A stretch of DNA of 37,308 nt from an uncultured Prevotella sp. (GCA_937916075.1 CALGHW010000009.1:1-37308), one strand, 5' to 3'; counted from the stretch's first letter, positions 1 to 8,837 are shown. A program made the numbers and translations. The notes: generated by a model from the letters alone, not told the origin.

Positions 1-39
1 GCCATAAGGCAAAAGCTTTACTTCCTGCTCCATAATCAT
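1..39 (-). CDS. 5' end of a probable AAA-ATPase_like / PD-(D/E)XK nuclease family gene, truncated by the window edge
   Basis: The reverse strand reads (MI)MEQEVKLLPYG to the window edge. The LPYG/YPIG N-terminal motif is typical of this family; compare [11 protein letters not shown] of 13779..15344. Only 11-13 codons are visible. Confidence 0.5.
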   Translation of the reverse strand, partial: MIMEQEVKLLPYG

Positions 40-253
40 AACTTCTACAGATGAATGATTCCGTAAAAGTAAGAATTTACATTGAAAGTACCAATTTATC
101 AAAAAGTTTTTCGACCTGTACGGATGGAAACCGTAGTGGGTGCGGGGTCTCACCGCACAATAAATAATAGCCACTGACAAGCAGACGGCCTGATGGCATC
201 CCGCCTGAATCATGGACAAAAAAAGCCAAGTTTAGCCTGGTTTGTTGGCTATA

Positions 254-351
254 TTAGAGCCAGTCACCAAGGTGACTGGTATCAGTCACCAAGGTGAATG
301 GTGTCAGTCACCAAGGTGACTGGTACCAACCACCAAGGTGACCGGCTCTAA
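254..351. repeat. Four tandem 22-bp palindromic units flanked by inverted repeats
   Basis: Units start at 261, 283, 305 and 327 with consensus CAGTCACC-AA-GGTGACTGGTAY. Flanks TTAGAGCC (254-261) and GGCTCTAA (344-351) are perfect reverse complements. Confidence 0.95.
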
Positions 352-497
352 ATCTGGCCATTTGCAAGGCTAAAGTGCCCCGGACGGCTACTTGACAAGC
401 GCCAGTCTCTGAGCTTCACGAAACCGCCTTCATACCAGCGAACGCAAAAATATGTTAATATACACAACGGATTGATGTACCTTTCAGCAAAATAGCT

Positions 498-505
498 TAT
501 CTTTG
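498..505 (+). promoter_or_regulatory. Bacteroidetes sigma-A -7 promoter box
   Basis: TATCTTTG matches TAnnTTTG and is followed by CA. It lies about 340 nt upstream of the 847 start. Confidence 0.7.
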
Positions 506-564
506 CAGCCAATACGATTAACTACAAATAAAAGCTACAAACAAATCATATAACATCTTGGAGT

Positions 565-774
565 ATGATGAAGGGGAACAATGAGTGTACTGTGACAGGT
601 ACAGCTATACGCCTGTATATCCGCAATGGGGGGGGTACTTCTTCCTGCTCGTTGAGGCTACGCCACACTTCGTATCGTCGTTCTCTCCAACTGATTTCCC
701 GCTTTTTTATTTTTCACCATCCGCTACGGCCCCTCGCCGCAGCGCCACCCGTCGTGTCCGTAACTCGCAGCTAA
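565..774 (+). other. Possible leader ORF containing a G8 homopolymer (628-635)
   Basis: ATG-started 69-codon ORF inside the long leader between the -7 box and the surface-protein gene. Translation is not demonstrated. Confidence 0.25.
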
Positions 775-846
775 CAGACACGACAACAGACTTATTATAT
801 CTACCCGAATTTTTATCTACGTATTAACTAAATATTGAAACAAAAC

Positions 847-2964
847 ATGAGAAAAAATTTATTCTTAACAGCGATACTGATGATAGTGTCGTTGGTGGTG
901 CCACAAGGGATGTGGGCACAGACGGAAGTTACAGAATCGTATAATTTTTACGACTGGGCTGTAACTGCAAAAACAGATAGTAAACCATCTATAGGACAAC
1001 AAGTCTGCAAAATAGGAGACAATGAAGACGGTGCAGCTGTTATGGCTTATACAGAAAAAGCTTACAGCTTATATTCTTTAGATCGTTTTGCGACTTCTAA
1101 CAGTTCCAAAAATTATTTTTTATATTTTAGATATCAATTAAAAAATGGTAAAATTCAAAATACAGGATTGTTTTGTCTTGCAGGAAAAACTGCATATTTT
1201 TCTATTTTAAATCTTAAAGATGGTGACAAAATTATTTTTACGACTACAAATGCCCCTTCTTTCAAGTCTACCAATCTCTCAAAAGAATCAACACCTATCA
1301 ACATAGACGACAAGGTCGAAAATAATGTTGAATATACTGTAAACACGACAGGAAAGACGAATCATGTCGATTTATACTTTAGCGCATATCAAAACATTAC
1401 AAGTATTACAATAAAAACAACAGCAGACGAAGAAACAATAGCAGCACCAACAATAAAACTAACAGGGGTAAGCAATAAAGATAGAATCATCTCTATAACA
1501 GCAGATAAAAGTAATTTGGGAAACACTCCCAAAATATACTATACAACAAATGGAGAAGACCCGACAAAAGAAAGTGCGGAATACACAGAACCGTTTAGCA
1601 TTTCCTCTACCGCAACAATCAAGGCTATTGCCTATATCAGCGATAATGTAGTTTCAGAAGTCACCTCTCAAGAGGTAGAGGCTGGTACAGCCATTACCTT
1701 ATTGACTCCAGCATTTACCAAAACAGCTTGGAACAATGGCAAAGCCACGTTTAGAATAAGCGACCAAAGCAATATCCTTTTGGCCCCTGCCGCAACGATT
1801 GTATGTACATCGGGCAATGCCGAGAACATCACCAGTAACACAGCTTCACTTGAGCCTGGTACATATACCTTCCATGCTGAGGCAGAAGGCTACATCAACT
1901 CTGCTGACGTTGTACTGAATGTCATTGCAGACCGCGATATGACCCTTGCAGAAACCCTTGACTATTCAGCCATCTGCAGTTCGTATAATAACAAAGTTTC
2001 AAAAGATGGAACAGTAGCATATAATGACGGAAAAAACAACTACTATTCATTTGCCTATGCTGCCACCTATGACGAGACAGCCAAAGATGAAAGATTGCTT
2101 ACCTCTGACATACTTCAGGCCCGTAGTGGATATGGTTTGCAAAATCAGATGTCAGGCACCAAATACATCGCTTTGACAGACATAAAAGCAGGACAAATCA
2201 TCAAATTTTATGGTGGATGTACAGGAAGTAACGGTTTTGATATCGCACCTACAGAAACAGACAAAGCCATAACACCATCTGAAACCATAGAGTCTGTTCC
2301 CGCCATCGAAGCTTTGCAAGACGGAACGATTGCCTTCGGCATCGGAAGACTTAGCTATATCAGCAAAATTGAAATCTACAATGTTGCCAATGAAGTAAAG
2401 AAGTCCATCCCCGCCACTTCCCACTACGCCTCATTCAGTGCCTCGTTTGCCACTGCCGTTCCTGAAGGCGTAAGCGTCTACAAGGCCAAGGCCGAGACGG
2501 ATAAGGTGGTGCTGACAAAGGTAGACACCGAGGTGATTCCGGCCAATACCGGTGTTATCCTCTACAGCGAGACTGAGGGTGAGAAGACCTTCAGCGCAAC
2601 AACAGAAGAGGCTACAGCCAACTTCAGCGACAACGACCTGATGGCCACCTCACTGAAGGCCAACACCACCGTGCCCACTGAAGGTAACTACTATGCCCTC
2701 TTTGCCAACAAGGCCGCTTTCGGCCAGCTGACCAACGGCATGACCATCTCGGACAACAAGGCTTACTTGAAGGGTGTTGAAGCCACAGAAGGCAATGAGG
2801 CCAAGACACTGAATATCGTTCTGGGTGGCGAGACCAACGCTATCAACAACGTGAAGGCCAATGCCACCGACGAGGGCGTCTACTTCACCATCCAGGGTCT
2901 GAAGACCGCAACCCCGACCAAGGGACTCTACATCCACAATGGCAAAAAGGTGATTATCAAATAA
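847..2964 (+). CDS. Secreted surface protein with a chitobiase/beta-hexosaminidase C-terminal (FN3-associated) domain and a Prevotella-type T9SS C-terminal tail
   Basis: Signal peptide MRKNLFLTAILMIVSLVVPQGMWA-Q; IYYTTNGEDPT...YTEPFSIS...IKAIA motif; C-terminus YFTIQGLK...KGLYIHNGKKVIIK. ATG 847 preferred over TTG 835. Confidence 0.85.
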   Translation: MRKNLFLTAILMIVSLVVPQGMWAQTEVTESYNFYDWAVTAKTDSKPSIGQQVCKIGDNEDGAAVMAYTEKAYSLYSLDRFATSNSSKNYFLYFRYQLKNGKIQNTGLFCLAGKTAYFSILNLKDGDKIIFTTTNAPSFKSTNLSKESTPINIDDKVENNVEYTVNTTGKTNHVDLYFSAYQNITSITIKTTADEETIAAPTIKLTGVSNKDRIISITADKSNLGNTPKIYYTTNGEDPTKESAEYTEPFSISSTATIKAIAYISDNVVSEVTSQEVEAGTAITLLTPAFTKTAWNNGKATFRISDQSNILLAPAATIVCTSGNAENITSNTASLEPGTYTFHAEAEGYINSADVVLNVIADRDMTLAETLDYSAICSSYNNKVSKDGTVAYNDGKNNYYSFAYAATYDETAKDERLLTSDILQARSGYGLQNQMSGTKYIALTDIKAGQIIKFYGGCTGSNGFDIAPTETDKAITPSETIESVPAIEALQDGTIAFGIGRLSYISKIEIYNVANEVKKSIPATSHYASFSASFATAVPEGVSVYKAKAETDKVVLTKVDTEVIPANTGVILYSETEGEKTFSATTEEATANFSDNDLMATSLKANTTVPTEGNYYALFANKAAFGQLTNGMTISDNKAYLKGVEATEGNEAKTLNIVLGGETNAINNVKANATDEGVYFTIQGLKTATPTKGLYIHNGKKVIIK

Positions 2965-3018
2965 GCCTCAACCGCCACAATCAACAGAGTAACAAACCGT
3001 AAAACAAAAAAGAACAAA

Positions 3019-3201
3019 ATGAAAAAAGCATATATCAAGCCCATCACACGCATGGTGGCCATCGACAACGAGAATGCCTTGATGGCCGGCTCTCAAGTAA
3101 ATCTCGGATACGATAACTCAGAACAAATCACCACCGACGAGATGGTGGGAGCCAAAAACGAACAATACGACATCTGGGGCTTCGACGACGACGAGGACTA
3201 A
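3019..3201 (+). CDS. Small acidic peptide of the Bacteroidales MKKxYxxP type
   Basis: 60 aa, MKKAYIKP...LMAGS...YDIWGFDDDED. It has an A-rich translation initiation region, lies 54 nt after the surface-protein gene and is followed by a terminator. Confidence 0.8.
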   Translation: MKKAYIKPITRMVAIDNENALMAGSQVNLGYDNSEQITTDEMVGAKNEQYDIWGFDDDED

Positions 3202-3231
3202 TCGGCAGTCTCCCGCCCCCAAAAGAAAGAC

Positions 3232-3281
3232 GCAGCCCCGGGCCTTGGACCATCCAAGGCTCGGGGCTGCACTTTTTATTT
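3232..3281 (+). terminator. Intrinsic terminator
   Basis: 18-bp stem GCAGCCCCGGGCCTTGGA / TCCAAGGCTCGGGGCTGC (one G-U pair) followed by ACTTTTTATTT. Confidence 0.85.
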
Positions 3282-3357
3282 GAAAGGATATCCTCACATC
3301 CTTTGGAGCACCTAAAACGACTACGAAGAGACAAGCCCCTCTGTCCTGCCGTTTCGC

Positions 3358-4710
3358 TTACAGCAGCAATGTCTCCCCGGCCGCATCGGGCAGGATGCAA
3401 GCCACGTAATAGACGGGCAGATAAGTGATGCCGTCCTTCACCTCCACCTGTTGGCTGTTGGACAACACAAAGGCCTGCCGAATGTTATACTCCTTGATTT
3501 GCAAAAACCTGTCAAGGGCACTGTGCACCTGGTAGTCCTTGCCCGACTTGACCTCTACCGGCAACACCGACAGATGGTCCCGGTCATCAATAAGATAATC
3601 CACCTCACCCACCTTCTTGTTGTCATAATAATACAGGCAAAAGCCATGCGCCCTCAGCTCCTGGGCCACGACAGTCTCATATACCGAACCGAGATTGACA
3701 CTCGCCACATCATCCATCACCGCCTTGATATTGGTACCGAAGAAGATGGCCGTCAATATCCCCACATCGTTCATATAGAGCTTGAGCAGATTCTTGCCAC
3801 TATTCTCTATCAGCGGAAAACTCGGTTTGCTGATGGCCCTCACCTCCAAGGCAATGCCCGAAGAGACAAGATAGTCAAACTCCTCGTCATAGTCGGCCAT
3901 GCGCTTTCCAGCCTTGCCCTCAATGCGTTTGGCCACCACACGCTTCTTTTTGTTCTCCAGATTAGACGGTATCATCCCGTAGACACGTTGTATCTTCAGC
4001 CGGTTGTGCAATTCCTCATACCGGGCGGCATCCACCCCGTAGAGATGGTGAATCTCATTCTGTATAGCCCGTATGTTGACGATATTCCGGGTAGCCAAAA
4101 ACTCGTTGACGGCATCAGGCAGCCCGCCCACCAAGAGATATTTTCTGAAAAGGTCGAGCAGCTTCAGGTGGATGGCGTCAGGCATGGAAAGCCGCTCGGC
4201 AAAGCGGCTGTGCATCAAGTCCAAGACCGCCTGTCCCACTCCGTTGGCCATCAAGAACTCCTCAAAGTCCAGCGGATACATATGCTTGATGAGGATGCTG
4301 CCCAACGGTATCGAAGAAGTGGTCTTGAGCGTTACACCCAATAGCGAGCCACTGGCGATATAAGTGAACCTGTTGTCCTCACGCAAAAACTTCAGCAGGG
4401 TAAGCAGGTGGTCGTAGGCCTGTATCTCGTCGATAAAGACCAGCGTGTTTGCCCGTTCCCTCATCTTGTCGCCAGCCACAGTGCTCAGCGCCAGATAAAA
4501 ATCACCCACGGTCTTGGCCTCGGCAAAAACACGGTCGCTCAACCTGTCGGTCTCCATATTCAGCTCGATATAATTGGGAAATAATCTTTTGCCCACCTGA
4601 CGGATGATATACGACTTACCTATCTGGCGTGCGCCATCCACAATCAGAATCTTGTCAGACGCTGACTGTAAATGACTTACGATATACTTTTCTATCTTCC
4701 TATACAGCAT
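3358..4710 (-). CDS. ATP-binding protein, AAA_14 + DUF4143 (C-terminal PD-(D/E)XK-like domain)
   Basis: Walker A GARQIGKS, Walker B VFIDEIQ, ASGSLLG, YLLVGGLP, KLYMNDVG, and C-terminal EVDYLI...PVEVKSG. Confidence 0.9.
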   Translation of the reverse strand: MLYRKIEKYIVSHLQSASDKILIVDGARQIGKSYIIRQVGKRLFPNYIELNMETDRLSDRVFAEAKTVGDFYLALSTVAGDKMRERANTLVFIDEIQAYDHLLTLLKFLREDNRFTYIASGSLLGVTLKTTSSIPLGSILIKHMYPLDFEEFLMANGVGQAVLDLMHSRFAERLSMPDAIHLKLLDLFRKYLLVGGLPDAVNEFLATRNIVNIRAIQNEIHHLYGVDAARYEELHNRLKIQRVYGMIPSNLENKKKRVVAKRIEGKAGKRMADYDEEFDYLVSSGIALEVRAISKPSFPLIENSGKNLLKLYMNDVGILTAIFFGTNIKAVMDDVASVNLGSVYETVVAQELRAHGFCLYYYDNKKVGEVDYLIDDRDHLSVLPVEVKSGKDYQVHSALDRFLQIKEYNIRQAFVLSNSQQVEVKDGITYLPVYYVACILPDAAGETLLL

Positions 4711-4860
4711 AAATACACTTTTCCGATGATTTTACCCCTGCAAATATACACTTTTCCTACGATTTAGGCAAGCAAAATATACACTTTTCCTGTAAAACCA
4801 CCCCTCTAAAAATACACTTTTCCGATGATTCAAGCCAGCAAAAAACACACTTTTCCTACA
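4711..4860. repeat. Array of five conserved ATACACTTTTCC cores with exact 33-bp period
   Basis: Cores start at 4713, 4746, 4779, 4812 and 4845 (the last is ACACACTTTTCC). A minus-strand -7 box TATATTTG lies at 4741-4748. Confidence 0.95.
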
Positions 4861-4893
4861 GAGGCGCCCTTGGGGCACCCCTTCCGGAACTTG

Positions 4894-5934
4894 CTACCGG
4901 GGCAGATAAACCGCAACGGTCTTCAGGCGCACATAATCCTCGGAGACATACATCAGGCCCCCGTAAGGATTGCGGGTGCCCCAAGAGTTTTTCATGATAA
5001 AATAGCGACGGCCCCGGCGGTCGTGGGCCAGGCCGACGATAGCCATACAGTGGTCGTCGGTGGTCTGATAGCGTTCGAAAGCCCGCTGACGGGCCTCGGG
5101 CGTGACAGCAGCCCCCTGCGGCAGCACGGCCACCCCTTGGGCAAAAGAGAAGCCCGGCTCGCTGATGTCGCCCTCCCAGCACACGCCATGCCCCCGGCGG
5201 ACAGTGTCGGTAAGACGACGCATCAGGGAGTCGAGCGGCAGGTTGAGAAAGCTTTCACGGTCGATATTGTCGGGCACTTCGAGCACAAACCGCCCGAAGT
5301 AAGGGTGATGAGTAAAACTGGTGAGCGCCTCATACTCGCCGGGAGCACACACGCTCCGGGCAAACTCCTGGGGCGTATACTGCGCGCCGAGCATGAAGAC
5401 ATGAGGCGGACGCGGACCAAACGAGTCGTCGAGCAAGGCCTCCACACGGTCCATACAGGCCTCCAGCCCCAACCGGGAATGGACGGCCGCCTCCACGCTG
5501 AGCCCCACCTTGCGGGCCACTACCGTGACGTTCACCCCCTCGCCATAGCGGTAAGCGTCGTAAGGCATGACGCCATAAGCCCCTATCAGCCGCACCAGCC
5601 GTCCGGCCATGCCCCGGCAAGTGACGGACGCATGACCCTGGTCGAGATACAGCTGCCGGGCACCCTCCGCCAGCAACTGCCGCTCGGCGTCATAAGGCGA
5701 CAGGTTGACGGAGTCGCCCCGGCCCAGGTGCTCCGTCTCGATGGTGGCCAGCATGGCGTATATCCAGCACGTCTGGTTGCGCCCCTGGTCCTTCACCGGG
5801 GTATAAGGATTGAGCCGGTCGATGACAAAGCGGCCCTCCACGGCCGATTGCCGCGCCGAAGGCCGGCAGCCAGCCAGGATGACAACCGCCATCCAGCAGG
5901 CCCCGCACACGATAAAAGAGAAAGCCTTGTTCAT
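4894..5934 (-). CDS. C1 (papain-like) cysteine peptidase, aminopeptidase C-like, probable lipoprotein
   Basis: VKDQGRNQTCW (catalytic Cys), TDDHCM (His), MKNSWG (Asn); lipobox LAG-C. Confidence 0.9.
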   Translation of the reverse strand: MNKAFSFIVCGACWMAVVILAGCRPSARQSAVEGRFVIDRLNPYTPVKDQGRNQTCWIYAMLATIETEHLGRGDSVNLSPYDAERQLLAEGARQLYLDQGHASVTCRGMAGRLVRLIGAYGVMPYDAYRYGEGVNVTVVARKVGLSVEAAVHSRLGLEACMDRVEALLDDSFGPRPPHVFMLGAQYTPQEFARSVCAPGEYEALTSFTHHPYFGRFVLEVPDNIDRESFLNLPLDSLMRRLTDTVRRGHGVCWEGDISEPGFSFAQGVAVLPQGAAVTPEARQRAFERYQTTDDHCMAIVGLAHDRRGRRYFIMKNSWGTRNPYGGLMYVSEDYVRLKTVAVYLPR

Positions 5935-5953
5935 TCAGCAGACGCCCCGACTA

Positions 5954-6385
5954 TCAGTGTCCGGCCTCCTCCTTGGTCTTATAGGCCAAGGCATACATCC
6001 GTATCTGCTTGACCATGGCCAGCAGACCGTTGCTGCGGGTGGGGCTGAGGTGGTCCTTCAGTCCGATGCGGTCGATGAAATAAAGGTCAGCGTCAAGAAT
6101 CTCAGTGGGCGTGTGTCCGCTGAGCACCCTGATGAGCAGGGCAATAATGCCCTTGACGATGAGTGCGTCGCTCTCGGCCGTAAACACGATGCGGCCGTCC
6201 ACATAGTCGGCCTGGAGCCACACGCGGCTCTGGCATCCGTCGATGAGGTTGCTCTCGGTCTTATACTTCTCGTCGAGCGGTTTCTGCTCGTTGCCCAAGT
6301 CAATGAGCAACTGGTATTTGTCCATCCAGTCGGTGAAGTCGGAAAACTCCTCGATCACCTCGTCCTGTGCTTCGTTGATAGTCAT
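5954..6385 (-). CDS. sufE: Fe-S cluster assembly sulfur-transfer protein SufE
   Basis: GCQSRVW, SDALIVKG and LSPTRSNGL motifs. Confidence 0.95.
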   Translation of the reverse strand: MTINEAQDEVIEEFSDFTDWMDKYQLLIDLGNEQKPLDEKYKTESNLIDGCQSRVWLQADYVDGRIVFTAESDALIVKGIIALLIRVLSGHTPTEILDADLYFIDRIGLKDHLSPTRSNGLLAMVKQIRMYALAYKTKEEAGH

Positions 6386-6426
6386 TTTTCTACTTGCTTA
6401 ATATATATCTTATTCCGTTTTTTCAC

Positions 6427-7686
6427 TTAATCCTCCAGCGTCACCTTCTCCAGCTTAAACAGCTTGTCGCTGGGCCGCACCTTACCCGGCACGGGTATCG
6501 ACACGTGGGTGCCCTTGGGCGCCGTCTTCACCGGTTCCAGCTCATAGCGTATCTCGGTGGCGTCCACATACATCACCCCCGTGGTGGGGCCCGTGATGAG
6601 CAGCTTGTCGCCCACGCTGAACTCGGCGGCGTCCACGGTAAACTCGGCCACGCCGAGCTTGGAGAAATACTTCACGCCCCGGCCCACATACACCTTGCGC
6701 TCCGTGGCACACGAGCCATAATGCTTGTTCCACTCGCCGAGGGTCTGTCCCTGGTAGTAGCCGTCCCAGAATCCCCGGTTGAAGACCGTCTTCAGCCGTT
6801 CGTCCCACTGGTCCTTCTTGTCCTCCGTGAAAGTGCCGTCGAGCACACTCTGGATGGCCTCCTTGTAGCACTTCACCACCGTGTATACATACTCGGGGCC
6901 ACGGGCGCGCCCCTCTATCTTAAACACCCTCACGCCGCTCTTCATCAGCCGGTCGATGAAGCGCACAGTCTTCAGGTCCTTCGGACTCATCACATACTTG
7001 TTGTCGATCTCCAGCTGGTTGCCCGTCTCATTGTCGGTCACGGTATAAGAGCGCCGGCATATCTGCACACACTCCCCCCGGTTGGCCGAGCGTCCGGCGT
7101 TGGCCAGGCTGAGGTAGCACTTGCCGCTGATGGCCATGCACAAGGCCCCGTGGCAGAACATCTCGATACGCACCAGGCGTCCCGAGGGTCCGCAGATGTG
7201 CTGCTCCTCTATCTGGCGGTAGATGTCGGCCACCTGGTCCATGTTGAGCTCGCGGGCCAGCACCACCACGTCGGCAAACTGCGCGTAGAAGCGCAGTGCC
7301 TCGATGTTGCTGATATTGAGCTGGGTGGAGAGGTGCCCCTCCTGTCCGATGCGGTTGCAGTAAGTCATCACGGCCACGTCGCTGGCTATCACCGCCGAGA
7401 TGCCCGCCTGCTTGGCGGCGTCCACTATCTCGCGCATCAGGCTGATGTCCTCGCCATAGATGATGGTGTTGACGGTAAGATAAGTCTTGATGCCGTGCTC
7501 GCCGCAGGTGGCGGCTATCTCGCGCAGGTCGTCTACAGTGAAAGTGCTGGCCGAATGGGCCCGCATATTCAGCTTCTCGATACCGAAGTAGATGGAGTCG
7601 GCACCCGCCTGGATGGCAGCCGCCAAACTCTCCCGCGAACCTACGGGAGCCATGATTTCAAAGTCCTTTATAGTCTGTTGTTTCAT
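6427..7686 (-). CDS. Peptidase U32 family protein (TrhP/PrtC-like, Fe-S-dependent RNA hydroxylase type)
   Basis: AGADSIYFG, HLSTQ, LARELN, HGALCMAISGKCYLS, NRGECVQICR, MSPKDL, KIEGR. Confidence 0.92.
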   Translation of the reverse strand: MKQQTIKDFEIMAPVGSRESLAAAIQAGADSIYFGIEKLNMRAHSASTFTVDDLREIAATCGEHGIKTYLTVNTIIYGEDISLMREIVDAAKQAGISAVIASDVAVMTYCNRIGQEGHLSTQLNISNIEALRFYAQFADVVVLARELNMDQVADIYRQIEEQHICGPSGRLVRIEMFCHGALCMAISGKCYLSLANAGRSANRGECVQICRRSYTVTDNETGNQLEIDNKYVMSPKDLKTVRFIDRLMKSGVRVFKIEGRARGPEYVYTVVKCYKEAIQSVLDGTFTEDKKDQWDERLKTVFNRGFWDGYYQGQTLGEWNKHYGSCATERKVYVGRGVKYFSKLGVAEFTVDAAEFSVGDKLLITGPTTGVMYVDATEIRYELEPVKTAPKGTHVSIPVPGKVRPSDKLFKLEKVTLED

Positions 7687-7718
7687 TATTTATAAGCTTC
7701 TGATTGTCAGAAACGCTG

Positions 7719-7766
7719 CAAAATTACGCAAAAATAATGAAGTCTCCAATATTTTATGTACTTTTG
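7719..7766. promoter_or_regulatory. Divergent -7 promoter boxes for the U32 operon and pdxB
   Basis: Minus-strand TAATTTTG at 7719-7726; plus-strand TACTTTTG at 7759-7766. Confidence 0.7.
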
Positions 7767-7775
7767 CGCCCTGAT

Positions 7776-8783
7776 ATGAAGATTGTATTAGACGACAAAA
7801 TACCCTATATACGCCCCGCCATCGAGGAGATGGGCGTGGAGGCCCGCTATCTGAGGGGGGCCGACATCTGCGCCGCCGACGTCAAGGACGCCGACGCCCT
7901 GATTGTGCGCACCCGCACCCGTTGCGACCGGCAGTTGCTGGAGGGCAGCCGGGTGCAGTTTATCGCCACGGCCACCATCGGCTTTGACCATATCGACACG
8001 GCCTATCTGCAGGAGGCCGGCATCAGCTGGACCAACTGTCCGGGCTGCAACGCGGCCTCCGTGGGCCAGTATCTGCGCTCCACCCTGCTGCTGCTCGCCC
8101 GCGACCATGGGCTCGACCTGCAGGCAGCCACCTTGGGCATTGTGGGCTGTGGACATGTGGGCAGCGAGGTGCTCTCGGCGGCCCGCGAATTAGGCATGCG
8201 CATCCTGGTATGCGACCCGCTGGCCACGCCCCGCGAGGATGTGGAGTGGGTGACACAGGACGTGATTGAGCGCGAAGCCGATGTCATCACCTTCCACGTG
8301 CCGCTCACCCACGACGGTCCCTGTCCCACCTGGCACCTGGCCGACCAGGCCTTCTTCGGCCGGCTGCGCCGCCGCCCGTTTGTCGTCAACACGAGCCGCG
8401 GCCCCGTGGTGGACGACGACGCGTTGCTCCAGGCCCTCAACGAGGGGCTGGTACGCCAGGCCGTGATAGACACGTGGGAGCACGAGCCCCACATCAGTCT
8501 GCCGCTGCTCGACAAGGTGTATATCGGCACCCCACACATTGCCGGCTACTCGGCCGACGGCAAGGTGAACGCAGACAACATGGCCTTGGAGGCGCTCTGC
8601 CGACACTTCCACCTGCCCCGGCCCCACCGGATTGTGCCGCCGGCCCTGCCCGCCGACTTCATCTACACCGGCGACCCGCTGCAACTCTATAACCCGCTCG
8701 ACGACAGCCGCCGCCTCAAGGCTTGCCCCGACCACTTCGAGGAGTTGCGCGGCAACTATCCGCTGCGGCGCGAGAAAGCGTAA
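7776..8783 (+). CDS. pdxB: 4-phosphoerythronate dehydrogenase
   Basis: MKIVLDDKIPY start, LIVRTRT, ATATIGFDHID, NCPGCNA, GIVGCGHVG, TFHVPL, NTSRG, TPHIAGYSADGK. ATG 7776 chosen rather than the track's 7704. Confidence 0.95.
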   Translation: MKIVLDDKIPYIRPAIEEMGVEARYLRGADICAADVKDADALIVRTRTRCDRQLLEGSRVQFIATATIGFDHIDTAYLQEAGISWTNCPGCNAASVGQYLRSTLLLLARDHGLDLQAATLGIVGCGHVGSEVLSAARELGMRILVCDPLATPREDVEWVTQDVIEREADVITFHVPLTHDGPCPTWHLADQAFFGRLRRRPFVVNTSRGPVVDDDALLQALNEGLVRQAVIDTWEHEPHISLPLLDKVYIGTPHIAGYSADGKVNADNMALEALCRHFHLPRPHRIVPPALPADFIYTGDPLQLYNPLDDSRRLKACPDHFEELRGNYPLRREKA

Positions 8784-8829
8784 GCATCATCGCCTCAAAA
8801 AATTGTTTCTCCATGTGGAGAAATACCTG

Positions 8830-8837
8830 TAACTTTG
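8830..8837 (+). promoter_or_regulatory. -7 promoter box of the helicase gene
   Basis: TAACTTTG followed by CA, 11 nt before ATG 8849. Confidence 0.7.

Noticed and set aside
261..348. CRISPR array
   Set aside because: The units are contiguous 22-mers without unique spacers, and there are no cas genes.
4711..4860. Canonical CRISPR array
   Set aside because: The repeat is only 12-14 bp, the linkers are 19 nt and related to each other, a promoter box lies inside the array, and there are no cas genes.
4825..7695. Long antisense ORFs (4825-6012, 6394-7695; likewise 27574-29823, 9209-10366, 18589-19713)
   Set aside because: Shadow frames of well-supported genes with GC-rich third positions; no recognisable motifs.
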